Source of the DNA: a bacterium
GTDB lineage: Bacteria; Zhuqueibacterota; Zhuqueibacteria; Residuimicrobiales; Krinioviventaceae
Direction of reading: 5' to 3'
Length of the DNA stretch: 64,000 nucleotides
Assembly: GCA_963675755.2 (NCBI GenBank)
Contig: CAXXMD010000002.1
Span: forward strand, 1,344,001-1,408,000
How positions within the stretch are numbered: the first letter of the stretch is position 1; each line of letters starts with the position of its first letter. The notes beneath the pieces are model-generated. The model had not been told where the DNA came from. It saw nothing but the letters and a program-made list of their open reading frames with translations, and did not search any database. The position numbers were made by a program, and so were the translations under genes. Shown here one piece after another: positions 47,289-57,608 of this stretch.

Positions 47289-47867
47289 TCAGGCGGCGAT
47301 GCCATCCAGAATAACTTTGATAATCTGATCAGCAGAGTCTTCAAGGTCAATCTTTCTGGATTTTGACAGGGTCCAGTTCATTGAGATTTGATCAAGAGCG
47401 CCAAATAAAATCTGCTTAAATATTGTAGGATGAATCTCTTTTTTAAACTCGCCATTGCTTTGACCAAATATAAAAGCTTCGGAAATAATGTTCAAATATT
47501 CTTTATATTTAGTCCCATTATAACCATGGATAAATTTACTGCTCTGGCGTAATTCAAGTTCAAGCAGTTGTGCCATATCCGGTTTTTCACGTACCATGGT
47601 CAAATGACCTGTAATAAAGGCTTCTAATTTTTCTCGTGCAGTCTTTTTGCGCAGCAGATTGTTCTTCATATTATCTATAATAGGTACCATTTCTTCTTCA
47701 AATATAGAAATAAGGATATCATCTTTATTTGTAAAATATAAATAGGTTGTACCCGTAGCAACACCTGCCTGTCTGGCTATTTCTTCCACTTTGGCGTTAA
47801 AAAAACCGTCACGTGCAAAAACTTTGATTGCTGCCTGTAAAATTTTGGTACGTTTCACTGTGTCCAT
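47289..47867 (-). CDS. TetR-family regulator, FadR(YsiA)-like
   Basis: ILQAAIKVFARDGF..IARQAGVATGTTYLYF.NKDDILISIFEE, ELRQS, FGALD; upstream of etfBA and the FadF-like gene. Confidence 0.88.
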   Translation of the reverse strand: MDTVKRTKILQAAIKVFARDGFFNAKVEEIARQAGVATGTTYLYFTNKDDILISIFEEEMVPIIDNMKNNLLRKKTAREKLEAFITGHLTMVREKPDMAQLLELELRQSSKFIHGYNGTKYKEYLNIISEAFIFGQSNGEFKKEIHPTIFKQILFGALDQISMNWTLSKSRKIDLEDSADQIIKVILDGIAA

Positions 47868-47915
47868 GCATTTCTCCGGATTAGTAGTAAAAGGTGTTTG
47901 TATAAATTACAAAAA

Positions 47916-48058
47916 TTATGAGTGACATTCAAATACTAAATTAATGAAGCGGCTTCATTTAGACTCATAAAGTAACTGACATTTTCCAATTTGTCAATAT
48001 TAAATATTGACAAAGGCATATTTTTTTGTTAACATTACAAAATATGAAGCAAATTCAT
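47916..48058. promoter_or_regulatory. Back-to-back sigma-70 promoters with palindromic operator candidates
   Basis: TTGTCAATAT-TAA-ATATTGACAA (47991-48013) gives TTGACA on both strands: plus TTGACA-N17-TAACAT, minus TTGACA-N17-TACTTT. Palindromes AATGAAGC-G-GCTTCATT (47943-47959) and ATGAA-GCAAA-TTCAT (48044-48058). Confidence 0.6.
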
Positions 48059-48117
48059 GAAATAAAACCAACCGGAAAATGTTTTCCGAAATAACTAACC
48101 TAATCAAGGGAGGGAGT

Positions 48118-49608
48118 ATGCGTCGTTTAACAGCGATAGTAACCCTGACAATAACAATCTTATTCTTATCATCCCAGATTTTTGCCACAGGCCTTGACCT
48201 GACTGGTGTTGGTGCTCGCGCACAAGCATTAGGTGGCAATTACCGAGCAGTCTCTGATGACTGGAGCGCAATGCATTGGAATCCAGCCGGGATGGCTTTT
48301 ACCCAGGGTTTTACAGCAGGATTCAGTTCAGAACTGATTAAAGTTAATGTTGGTTACACCCCGGCACAGATAGCAGGTATGCAGTTTAGTACTATTAATA
48401 CTGATGAAACGAATAATGAACCCAAAACATTTTTTGTTCCTTCCGGTGGTGTTTATTACAGTAACGGCAAAACTGCTTTTGGTTTGGGAATTTGGGCTCC
48501 TTTTGGTCTTGGAGCAAAATGGGATGCGATGAACACCTCTGCTTATAACTCGAATTATCCCGAATATGATTTTGATGATGACCTGATGGTTATTAATATT
48601 CAGCCTACATTCGCTTACAAAGTAAACGATAAACTTTCTCTCGGTTTGGGTGTTGGTTTTGTAATGGCTGAAATCATGATCCAGAAACCCAACTTTACAC
48701 CAAACCCCTATATTTTCAACGAAACTCTAAGTGCTACAGTAGCTGGTAATGCTATACTTTACAATGGCTTGAATAATGCGGGTGCATTTAATTCCACATA
48801 CAATCATTTGATTACCGATACAAACCTGAATGGTAGTGGTTTCGGATACAGTATTAATGCCGGCTTGATGTTCAAACCCACTGAAACGTTATCCATTGGT
48901 GCATCCATGCAATACTATTCTACAATCACTTTGGATGGAACAGTAGACGCAACTGCATATTTTGCTGATAACGAAGCAGTTCATACAATTGTTGATTATT
49001 GGATTGCACCTCAAATTGCTCAAGATCCTTCATTGACAGATACAGAAAAACTGGTAATTTCCAATTATTATTCCGGTGGAAGCATAGCTAAAGCAAATGA
49101 AAATGATGTTACTGCTGATATGCCATTGCCTCTCAAATTAGGTTTGGGTATTTCCTGGACTGGTATTCCTAACCTGCTTCTTTGTGCCGATGTAGCTCTT
49201 ACACAATGGTCAGTATGGGACAGAATTGAAATTAAAGATGAAGACGGCAACTTGTTCAGTGAACTGGTTGAAGAGTGGGAAAACACCATTCGCTTTGGAG
49301 TAGGCGGAGAATACAATTTTGGCATGCTGGTTGCTCGTGGAGCATGGTACACTGAACCCAATGCTGCAGTTGATGAAACCATGACACTGAGTATTCCTGA
49401 CTTTAACAAACGTAATGTTTTAATGGGTGGTATTGGATTGCCCTTGGGTCCTGTAACTTTGCATGCCAGTTATGAAAAAATCATGGTTGGTGATAAAGAA
49501 GTTGCTGACTGGAATTATGATGCTGCTTCAAGCGGTTACCATAATCTTGCTGGTAGTTATAATATGAACATTGACATTGTCATGTTTGGATTGGATTACA
49601 ATTTTTAG
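48118..49608 (+). CDS. FadL/OmpP1-family outer membrane transporter
   Basis: Signal peptide then GARAQALGG..DDWSAMHWNPAG; APFGL; INIQPTFAYKVND; TQWS; C-terminal DYNF. Start 48118 after GGAGGGAG. Confidence 0.88.
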   Translation: MRRLTAIVTLTITILFLSSQIFATGLDLTGVGARAQALGGNYRAVSDDWSAMHWNPAGMAFTQGFTAGFSSELIKVNVGYTPAQIAGMQFSTINTDETNNEPKTFFVPSGGVYYSNGKTAFGLGIWAPFGLGAKWDAMNTSAYNSNYPEYDFDDDLMVINIQPTFAYKVNDKLSLGLGVGFVMAEIMIQKPNFTPNPYIFNETLSATVAGNAILYNGLNNAGAFNSTYNHLITDTNLNGSGFGYSINAGLMFKPTETLSIGASMQYYSTITLDGTVDATAYFADNEAVHTIVDYWIAPQIAQDPSLTDTEKLVISNYYSGGSIAKANENDVTADMPLPLKLGLGISWTGIPNLLLCADVALTQWSVWDRIEIKDEDGNLFSELVEEWENTIRFGVGGEYNFGMLVARGAWYTEPNAAVDETMTLSIPDFNKRNVLMGGIGLPLGPVTLHASYEKIMVGDKEVADWNYDAASSGYHNLAGSYNMNIDIVMFGLDYNF

Positions 49609-49649
49609 TTTTTTTATTTGGAATAATGTAGTATATTTATAAGTTTTTA

Positions 49650-49686
49650 TCATCAGGGTCCCAACCAAAAAATGGGACCTTGATGA
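49650..49686 (+). terminator. Stable hairpin after the fadL-like gene
   Basis: TCATCAGGGTCCCA...TGGGACCTTGATGA inverted repeat, without a clear U tract. Confidence 0.5.
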
Positions 49687-49709
49687 ATAATAATAAATTC
49701 CGAATAAAA

Positions 49710-50525
49710 ATGATTTTAAAAAAAACTGTATTACTATTATCATTAACACTACTTTTCTTTTGGTTCTCTTGCGATACGGATCCCGGTCTTGAACCCACTT
49801 CTAGCGGTATACATGGTACTGTTTTTTTTGAAAATGACTGGCCTGAAAATACTGACGAGATCATTGTTGTAGCATCTCTTAAATTCCCCCCCACGTCTAT
49901 CACTGATATTATTCTCAGTGATCCGCTTCCTTTGAATGTGGATTCAGCAGAATATACCATTTATACGGATCCTATGGATTTTGCAGCTATTGGTGTGGTT
50001 TGGAAAGAAAAAGACCAACCCTGGGATGTTACCAATATTATTGGCATCTATTTTCCCACTGAAAACAAATTTTCTCCCGGCACGGTTACAATCCCAAACA
50101 AAAATTCTATCATAGATTCAATAAATATTTATGCTGATTTATCAAACGCCAAACCCGCAGTAGAAAGTGAAATTCGGGGGACTTTGAGAGTTACAGGTGA
50201 TTGGCCGCAAGGTGCTACATCAGCACTGGTGGTTGCGTCGGTCCCTCTCCTCCCCTCAGGATTAATGGATATTACCATGGGCATCCCCATTGAAGCGGGA
50301 TTCGATTCTACGGCATACTCTTTATCATTACAACCCGGAACATATCGGCTTTTGGGAGTTTTGGTTCTGGTTGAAGGAGAACAAGTGGGCATTAACAGTA
50401 TCCGTGGATTGTATTATCAAAATCCGGGTGATGCGTTTCCGGGCTCTGTTCGAATTGCATCAGAAACATCAGTCATTGAAAACATTGATATAGATATTAA
50501 CTTTAACGAACCTGTATTTCCATAA
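49710..50525 (+). CDS. Hypothetical lipoprotein built from two tandem homologous domains
   Basis: Lipobox WFSC; internal duplication (SGIHGT..DWP..VVAS..PGTVTI versus SEIRGT..DWP..VVAS..PGSVRI); 1 nt upstream of the TonB receptor gene. Confidence 0.75.
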   Translation: MILKKTVLLLSLTLLFFWFSCDTDPGLEPTSSGIHGTVFFENDWPENTDEIIVVASLKFPPTSITDIILSDPLPLNVDSAEYTIYTDPMDFAAIGVVWKEKDQPWDVTNIIGIYFPTENKFSPGTVTIPNKNSIIDSINIYADLSNAKPAVESEIRGTLRVTGDWPQGATSALVVASVPLLPSGLMDITMGIPIEAGFDSTAYSLSLQPGTYRLLGVLVLVEGEQVGINSIRGLYYQNPGDAFPGSVRIASETSVIENIDIDINFNEPVFP

Positions 50526-50526
50526 T

Positions 50527-52674
50527 ATGAAAAATATTATAAAAAAAATAATCCTGACAGTTCTAATACCGGTAATGATTTACGCCCAAACATCCGGCAG
50601 TATTTCAGGGCATGTCACAGATAAAACGAACGGTGGGCCCCTGCCAGCAGTCAATCTGATGTTAATGGGTACGGTTTTAGGCACATCTACCGATGCGAAT
50701 GGCAATTTTGAGATGCAAAAAATCCCGCCCGGCACATATCAGATACGGGTCACCATGATGGGATACAAACGCATCGATCAGAAAAACGTTATTGTCAAAG
50801 CCAACCAGACGACATCAATCAACTTTGAACTTGAAGAAACTATTATCGAAACTCCCGAAGTACTCATTACAGCCAATAAACGCCGTCAAAGCATTCAGGA
50901 CGCCACCAATAGTGTTGGAGTTATGACAGCACGTGAAATGAAGCAAAAAAATGAAATCTATCTCGACAAGGTATTGGAAAATGTATCTGGTGTAAATTTC
51001 ATAGGTTCCCAGATCAATATTCGCGGGTCCTCGGGATACAATTACGGTGCCGGCAGCCGGGTTTTATTTTTGGTAGACGGTGTTCCGGTAATGCCCGGAG
51101 ACAGCGGAGATATAAAATGGGACCTTATACCGGTTACCCAGATCGAACAGGTAGAGATCATTAAAGGTGCAGGTTCCGCATTATATGGTGCAAGTGCAAT
51201 GGGTGGTGTTATCAATATTATCACTAAAAAAGGAACCGTAAAACCGGTCACCAATTTGCGCATGTCCAGTGGAATTTATGATCAACCCCGTTTCGAAGAA
51301 TGGAAATGGACGGACAGGACCTTACACTTTGACGATATCAACATTGATCACAGTCGCAGAATGGGCAAATCTGACGTATCCTTTTCTGTTGGACGTCAGC
51401 AAAGTACCGGCTATCGCCAAAACGGAGATTATCAACGCATTAACGCCTCTGCCAAAGTTCATACAATAATAAACGGACAGCATAATTTCACAATATCTTC
51501 AAATTTTGAAGGTGGAAAACGCGGTGCAGGGCTCATGTGGCGTAGTCAACGCCAGGCGCTTGAAGTCGCTCCTGAAGCTGTGGGTGACTTGATCCGTTCA
51601 GACAAATTTGGTCTTAATGCATTCCACAATTGGATAGCCAATAAGAATTTCAAATTAAAAACCCGTTTGTCATATTTTCAGAATTTCTGGAAAAACTATT
51701 TTCACGACAGCGATAACGCATCTACCTCAAAACGAACAGGTTTTGAAGTTCAGGGAGATTATCAGTTTAGTGATAACAATTCGATCACATTTGGTACTGA
51801 AGAATCATGGGACCATGTGAATTCCGGACTAGTTGGTGATCATGATCAATACGCAATTGCATTTTATGTTCAAAATGAACGCAATTTGCTTCCAACTGTG
51901 ATCCTGACGCTGGGACTTCGATACGATTATCAGGACGTTGATATAGGTTTTACCGATTCTGAACTCAGCCCTAAAATTGGTATGGTTTGGCATGCTCAGC
52001 CTTTTATTACATTTCGAGGATCATCCGGTAGAGGTTTCAGGGCAGCCAGCATGTCTGAACGTTTTTCAGATTCCATCTATTCGGGTATAAGGCTGGTTCC
52101 CAATGAAAGCCTGAAATCCGAAACAGCATGGTCGCACGAGCTTGCAATGAATTTACATCCCTCCCCCTTTATATTTATCGATATCGCCGGTTTCTGGAGC
52201 GACTATTGGGACCTGATAGAACCGGAACCGGATGAAACGCAAACAGTTCAATTTATCAATGTTACCCGGGCAAGAATCAAAGGTATTGAAACTCATGTCA
52301 AGTATATGCCCTGGTTTATCAAGGGATTAAACTTTGATATAGGTTATACATATATGGACCCACAGGACCTGGATATAAATGATGTTCTGGCTTATCGCTC
52401 AAGACATATCGTAAATACATCAATCCTTTGGCAGCTAGGCTTTATGGAAGCCGGACTGGATTACATATTTGTAGACAGGCTTGAGAATGTCAAAGTGTAC
52501 CCAAATGATGAGCGGGTATCTCAAAAAACCATGAACGCCAGACTGGGTTTTCGTTATGGTAGTTACTCTATATTCTTGAACGGAAACAATATATTGAACC
52601 ATAGTCACACTCAAATGGAAAGAACTTTATTACCGATAAGAAACTATGTAATTTCCGTATCTACAAGTTTTTAA
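50527..52674 (+). CDS. TonB-dependent receptor with an N-terminal carboxypeptidase-regulatory-like domain
   Basis: GSISGHVTD..GTSTDANGNF; plug region NIRG..LVDGVP..IEQVEIIKGAGSALYGASAMGGVINIITK; LGLRYD; C-terminal Phe. Confidence 0.93.
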   Translation: MKNIIKKIILTVLIPVMIYAQTSGSISGHVTDKTNGGPLPAVNLMLMGTVLGTSTDANGNFEMQKIPPGTYQIRVTMMGYKRIDQKNVIVKANQTTSINFELEETIIETPEVLITANKRRQSIQDATNSVGVMTAREMKQKNEIYLDKVLENVSGVNFIGSQINIRGSSGYNYGAGSRVLFLVDGVPVMPGDSGDIKWDLIPVTQIEQVEIIKGAGSALYGASAMGGVINIITKKGTVKPVTNLRMSSGIYDQPRFEEWKWTDRTLHFDDINIDHSRRMGKSDVSFSVGRQQSTGYRQNGDYQRINASAKVHTIINGQHNFTISSNFEGGKRGAGLMWRSQRQALEVAPEAVGDLIRSDKFGLNAFHNWIANKNFKLKTRLSYFQNFWKNYFHDSDNASTSKRTGFEVQGDYQFSDNNSITFGTEESWDHVNSGLVGDHDQYAIAFYVQNERNLLPTVILTLGLRYDYQDVDIGFTDSELSPKIGMVWHAQPFITFRGSSGRGFRAASMSERFSDSIYSGIRLVPNESLKSETAWSHELAMNLHPSPFIFIDIAGFWSDYWDLIEPEPDETQTVQFINVTRARIKGIETHVKYMPWFIKGLNFDIGYTYMDPQDLDINDVLAYRSRHIVNTSILWQLGFMEAGLDYIFVDRLENVKVYPNDERVSQKTMNARLGFRYGSYSIFLNGNNILNHSHTQMERTLLPIRNYVISVSTSF

Positions 52675-52775
52675 TTCATTTAATATGAAACAAGTGAAAC
52701 ATTTTTTCGTATAAAACATCTTATACTCGGAGAAATCATAATTCCTATAAAGCTTTCATAAAGAAAGGAGCAATA

Positions 52776-54443
52776 ATGCGTAACCTATTAATTACAGGAG
52801 TAATCGTAGTGATGGGTTTAACTCTATTTGGTTGCAGTAATGGTGTACCGGGAAAAGCTGATACAGCCCTGGTTGAAAAAGAACTGGCTAAACTGGCACC
52901 GGTAGATCTTGAATGCGATTTATCATCTCTATCTCAAAACGACAAAAAAGCCCTGGCAAAGCTGGTTGAAGCTGCTAAAGTTATGGACCAGCTTTTTTTA
53001 ATCCAGGTATCACCCGAGAATCCTGAATTAAAAGCAGAACTGGTTAAAGATCCTTCTGCGCAAAAACATCTTGAACTGTTTAACATTATGTTTGGTCCCT
53101 GGAACAGACTGGTTGAAGATAAGCCCTTTATCGGTACCGAAGAAAAACCTGAAGGTGCTGGTTTTTATCCTGTGGATATGACCAAAGAAGAATTTGATGC
53201 AGCCGTTCAGGCAAACCCAGAATTAGCAGATGCGTTTAAAAGCGAATTCACAATTATTGAAAAACAAAATGGTGAATTGGTACCTGTCCCCTATCATCAA
53301 CATTACAAACAATTGGTAGACAAGGCAAGTGCACTGTTAAAAGAAGCGGCAGCGCTGACAGATGATGAAACTTTGAAAACATTCCTCAATCTTCGTGCAG
53401 ATGCATTACTGACTGATGATTATTTCAAAAGTGACATGGCCTGGATGGACCTTGCCGGTGATCTTGAAATTGTAATCGGTCCGTATGAAGTATATGAAGA
53501 CGGAATTTTTAATTACAAAGCAGCTTACGAAGCATTCCTGTGTATTGTGGATCATGATGAAAGCGAAAAGCTTGCTCATGTTGCCCAATATCTGAATGAT
53601 ATGGAAGCTTATTTACCAATCCCCAAAAAGTATAAAAACTTTGAGCGCGGTTCTTCATCACCCATCAAGGTTGTGCAGGAAGTTTTCTCCGCGGGCGATA
53701 CCAAAGCCGGCATTCAAACTACTGCTTTCAACCTGCCCAATGATGAACGCGTAAGAGAAGCCAAAGGCTCTAAAAAAGTGATGTTGAAAAACATTGCTCG
53801 CGCAAAATATGACAAATGCTGGATCCCCATTGCAAATACGATTATTGCACCGGAAGCTCTGGAAAATGTTTCTTTTGATGCCTATTTCAACCACGTTCTG
53901 ATGCACGAAGTAAGTCATGGTTTGGGTCCCGGCAACATTACCCTTGCAGATGGCACAGAAACCTCTGTAGGTAAAGAACTCAAAGAACTGTATTCTACTA
54001 TTGAAGAATGTAAAGCAGATATTTTGGGTGTGTATTTTGTAAAATTCATGATCGACAAGGGTGTATTCTCCAGCAATCTTGAAGACAGCATGTACGCTAC
54101 CTATCTGGGCGGAATGTTTAGATCTATCCGTTTTGGTATTGACGAAGCCCATGGTGGTGGTGTAGCTATTCAATTTAACTATATGATTGAACAAGGTGCA
54201 TTCTTTGTAGATACAAACGGGAAATTAAATGTTGATGAAACCAAGGTAATTCCTGCTATTAAAAAACTGGCTACCCGCATTCTGACACTCCAGGGTGAAG
54301 GCGATTATGATGCGGCAAAAGCTTTGATCGATGAATACCGTAAAGTTACTCCGCTTATGCAGCGCTTGATTGATGAATTAAAGGATGTACCGGTAGATAT
54401 ACGTCCGGCATATCCGGTATTGACTGAATTGGAAACAATGTAA
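52776..54443 (+). CDS. Dipeptidyl peptidase III (M49), HEXXH type, lipoprotein
   Basis: AFNLPNDE, GSKKVMLKN, HEVSHG, EECKAD, RFGIDEAHG; lipobox LFGC. Confidence 0.85.
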   Translation: MRNLLITGVIVVMGLTLFGCSNGVPGKADTALVEKELAKLAPVDLECDLSSLSQNDKKALAKLVEAAKVMDQLFLIQVSPENPELKAELVKDPSAQKHLELFNIMFGPWNRLVEDKPFIGTEEKPEGAGFYPVDMTKEEFDAAVQANPELADAFKSEFTIIEKQNGELVPVPYHQHYKQLVDKASALLKEAAALTDDETLKTFLNLRADALLTDDYFKSDMAWMDLAGDLEIVIGPYEVYEDGIFNYKAAYEAFLCIVDHDESEKLAHVAQYLNDMEAYLPIPKKYKNFERGSSSPIKVVQEVFSAGDTKAGIQTTAFNLPNDERVREAKGSKKVMLKNIARAKYDKCWIPIANTIIAPEALENVSFDAYFNHVLMHEVSHGLGPGNITLADGTETSVGKELKELYSTIEECKADILGVYFVKFMIDKGVFSSNLEDSMYATYLGGMFRSIRFGIDEAHGGGVAIQFNYMIEQGAFFVDTNGKLNVDETKVIPAIKKLATRILTLQGEGDYDAAKALIDEYRKVTPLMQRLIDELKDVPVDIRPAYPVLTELETM

Positions 54444-54460
54444 GAAGGAAAGGGACAGAT

Positions 54461-56347
54461 ATGAAAAAAATCATAGGGGTTCTTATGATCGCGATATCAA
54501 TGCTGTTTACTACAGCAACGGAAAACAAAGCCCAAACACGTGAACGTTCTGAAATTGAAGATAGTTACAAGTGGCAATTGGAAGACATGTACGCATCAGT
54601 TGCGGATTGGAATAAAACCAAAGATGAGTTAGCTCAGGAAATTGATGTTCTGGCCGCTAAAAAAGGAACTTTGGCAAATTCTGCCAAAGACCTTGCTGAC
54701 GCGTTAAAATTGTCTACCGACATTACCAAAGAGTTTTACAAACTCTATAGCTATGCCAGTATGAGTTATGATGAAGATACCGGTAATTCAGAAACCATGG
54801 CTTTGCGTCAGCAAATGCAGCAGCTGGGAACCCAGTTTGGCGCAAAAACATCATGGATTGAACCTGAAATTCTGTCAATGGATCCTGAAAAAGTCAAAAG
54901 TTTTATTGACTCTGATAAAGGACTAGAGACTTATAAATTCTATCTGAATGACTTGTTGCGTCGTCAAAAACATACGCTTTCTGAAAAAGAAGAAACCATT
55001 CTGGCACAATCTTCAATGATGGCTTCAACCCCGAACGATATTTATGGTGTATTCAGCAACTCTGAATTGCCATATCCAGAAGTTACATTGAGCGATGGTA
55101 CAACCGTTACACTGAATAAATCCAATTATTCACTGTACCGTGCATCAACAAATCGTAAAGATCGTGAAAAGGTATTTGATGCTTTTTTTGGCGCATTGTC
55201 AAAATTTAAAAATACATTTGGCACACAATTATATGGTGAAGTTAAAACCAATTTGTTCTATGCCCGTACTCGTGGATATAATTCCAGTCTGGAACGTGCA
55301 TTGGACGCAAACAATATTCCCACTGATGTTTACCTGAAACTCATTGAGAATGTAAACAACAATCTGGATTCATTTCACAGATACCTCAAACTGAAACAAC
55401 GTATGCTGGGTGTTGATACCCTGAAATATTGTGATATCTATGCACCGGTTGTTGAAGGGTTGGATCTTAATTTTGATTACAACCAGGCACAGGATATGGT
55501 TTTGGCATCTCTTGAACCCCTGGGTGATGAATACAAGAATGTTGTACGTAAAGCGTTTGATGAACGCTGGATCGATGTTTATCCCACCCCCGGAAAACGT
55601 TCAGGTGCATACTCTAATGGTTCAGCTTATGACATACATCCCTACATTTTACTCAACTATAACGGTAAATATGATGATGTTAGCACCCTGATCCATGAAC
55701 TGGGTCATACCATGCACAGCTATTATTCAAATCACGCACAACCTTTTGAAACATCAGATTATTCAATCTTTGTTGCTGAAGTCGCTTCTACTTTTAACGA
55801 AGCACTGTTGATTCATGATCAGCTTGAAAAGATCAAAGACGACAAAGTTAGATTGACCTTGTTGATGAACTATCTTGACGGCCTCAAAGGTACTGTTTTC
55901 CGTCAGGCACAGTTTGCTGAATTTGAATTAAAAATCCATGAAGCCGTTGAAAACAATCAACCCCTGACAGGTGACACATTGACCAAAATGTACGCGGATA
56001 TTGTACGCAGATATTACGGACATGATAAAGGTGTTTGTATTGTTGATGACGCATGGACATCTGAATGGGCTTATATCCCCCATTTCTATTACAATTTCTA
56101 TGTATATCAGTACTCTACATCTTTTACTGCATCCACAGCATTGTCTGAAAAAGTTATCAATGGTGAAAAAGGTGCGGTTGAAAAATACCTGAAATTCATT
56201 TCTTCCGGTGGCAGCGATTATCCCATCAATCAGCTCAAAGATGCGGGTGTAGACATGACCACATCCGATCCTTTTAACAAGACCATGGAAAAAATGAACA
56301 AAGTAATTGATGAGATTGAAGACATTTTGGCTAAAAATGTATTATAG
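54461..56347 (+). CDS. pepF: Oligoendopeptidase F (M3B) with a signal peptide
   Basis: GKRSGAY, HPYILLNY, HELGH, AEVAST, RQAQFAEFE, HFYYNFYVYQY. Confidence 0.93.
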   Translation: MKKIIGVLMIAISMLFTTATENKAQTRERSEIEDSYKWQLEDMYASVADWNKTKDELAQEIDVLAAKKGTLANSAKDLADALKLSTDITKEFYKLYSYASMSYDEDTGNSETMALRQQMQQLGTQFGAKTSWIEPEILSMDPEKVKSFIDSDKGLETYKFYLNDLLRRQKHTLSEKEETILAQSSMMASTPNDIYGVFSNSELPYPEVTLSDGTTVTLNKSNYSLYRASTNRKDREKVFDAFFGALSKFKNTFGTQLYGEVKTNLFYARTRGYNSSLERALDANNIPTDVYLKLIENVNNNLDSFHRYLKLKQRMLGVDTLKYCDIYAPVVEGLDLNFDYNQAQDMVLASLEPLGDEYKNVVRKAFDERWIDVYPTPGKRSGAYSNGSAYDIHPYILLNYNGKYDDVSTLIHELGHTMHSYYSNHAQPFETSDYSIFVAEVASTFNEALLIHDQLEKIKDDKVRLTLLMNYLDGLKGTVFRQAQFAEFELKIHEAVENNQPLTGDTLTKMYADIVRRYYGHDKGVCIVDDAWTSEWAYIPHFYYNFYVYQYSTSFTASTALSEKVINGEKGAVEKYLKFISSGGSDYPINQLKDAGVDMTTSDPFNKTMEKMNKVIDEIEDILAKNVL

Positions 56348-56352
56348 ATAAC

Positions 56353-56385
56353 AATAAAGCCGGTTCATTCAGAACCGGCTTTATT
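56353..56385. terminator. Bidirectional terminator between the convergent pepF and methyltransferase genes
   Basis: AATAAAGCCGGTTC-ATTCA-GAACCGGCTTTATT, a 14-bp perfect stem. Confidence 0.8.
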
Positions 56386-57522
56386 TATTTTCCGTGTACC
56401 CGAGTACAATTCATATTCCAACAAACGACATTCAATAGGCCCATTATAAAAGATCTTTTTGCTTTTTGTTTTGAGACCTACTTTTTTCCCCAGTTCCAGA
56501 TTCCCGGTAAAAACATATCCCATATAACCGTTACAGCTCTGTTTGAAAAAGTCGCCAATTCCCTGGTAAACGGGTTCCAGGCGTCGTTCTTCATTTAAAC
56601 GCACACCATATTCCGGATTGAGTACAACAATACCTTCATCACCCGGGACCTTGGTTTCACTGTAATCACAGACATCAAAAGTGAGTAAACGATGCACACC
56701 GGCAGTTTCGGCATTTCTTTGCGCTGCAAATATAGCATCTTTAGAAATATCAGTGGCAATAATGGGAACATCCACTCCTTTTGATTGTTTTCTGCATGCA
56801 AGCCGTACCTCTTTATAGATGTTTGCATCATACGGTTTCAAATGCATAAATCCAAAATTAGTACGCAACAATCCGGGGGCCTTGTCGGCTGCAATCAAAG
56901 CCGCTTCAATGGCAAGGGTTCCGCTCCCACACATGGGATTAACAAACGCGCTTTCCCCCTTCCATCCTGTTGAAAGAATAAGGGCAGCTGCCAGACATTC
57001 CTGCATGGGTGCCTTGTAGGGCATTTTACGGTATCCGCGTTTTGCCAGCGGTTCTCCGGACGTATCCAAATAGATAGCGCCTTCATTTTCCCGCCAGTAT
57101 AAAAACAGAACAGCTTTACTGCGGTCAGGACCAGAATCCGGGCGTCGGCCAAATTTTTCCTGCATGCGGTCTACTACTGCATCTTTGCATTTAAGATTGG
57201 CAAAACGTGTATCTCGTATATTTTTATTGCTCACCGATGATGTGATGCTGAAATATCCATGTTCAGATAAATAGTCTTCCCAGGGAACCTGTCTCACGTG
57301 TTTATACATGTCATCAGGAGTACGTGCATTGAAATCTTTTAAATGGTACAAGACACGTAAGCCTGTTCGTAAATGAAAATTTAATTTTATCGTATCATTG
57401 AATGAACCCTCAGTGAATACACCCAGTTGCTTTTCATCCAGCACCGGAAACCCAAGTTCTTTTAATTCTTCTGCCAGAATACCTGAAATTCCTTTGGCAC
57501 ATGTTACCAATATTTTTGCCAT
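56365..57522 (-). CDS. THUMP-domain class I SAM-dependent RNA methyltransferase (RlmL/YpsC-like)
   Basis: DTSGEPLAKRGYR, APMQECLAA, NPMCGSGT, LNPEYG, YNGPIECRL. Confidence 0.9.
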   Translation of the reverse strand: MAKILVTCAKGISGILAEELKELGFPVLDEKQLGVFTEGSFNDTIKLNFHLRTGLRVLYHLKDFNARTPDDMYKHVRQVPWEDYLSEHGYFSITSSVSNKNIRDTRFANLKCKDAVVDRMQEKFGRRPDSGPDRSKAVLFLYWRENEGAIYLDTSGEPLAKRGYRKMPYKAPMQECLAAALILSTGWKGESAFVNPMCGSGTLAIEAALIAADKAPGLLRTNFGFMHLKPYDANIYKEVRLACRKQSKGVDVPIIATDISKDAIFAAQRNAETAGVHRLLTFDVCDYSETKVPGDEGIVVLNPEYGVRLNEERRLEPVYQGIGDFFKQSCNGYMGYVFTGNLELGKKVGLKTKSKKIFYNGPIECRLLEYELYSGTRKINKAGSE

Positions 57523-57608
57523 ATTGTTTACAATTTCCTGTTTTATAAATTACGAATATGAATATACTCTTTTTATGTCAATTAATCACGGATTAATTAA
57601 GAATACAT

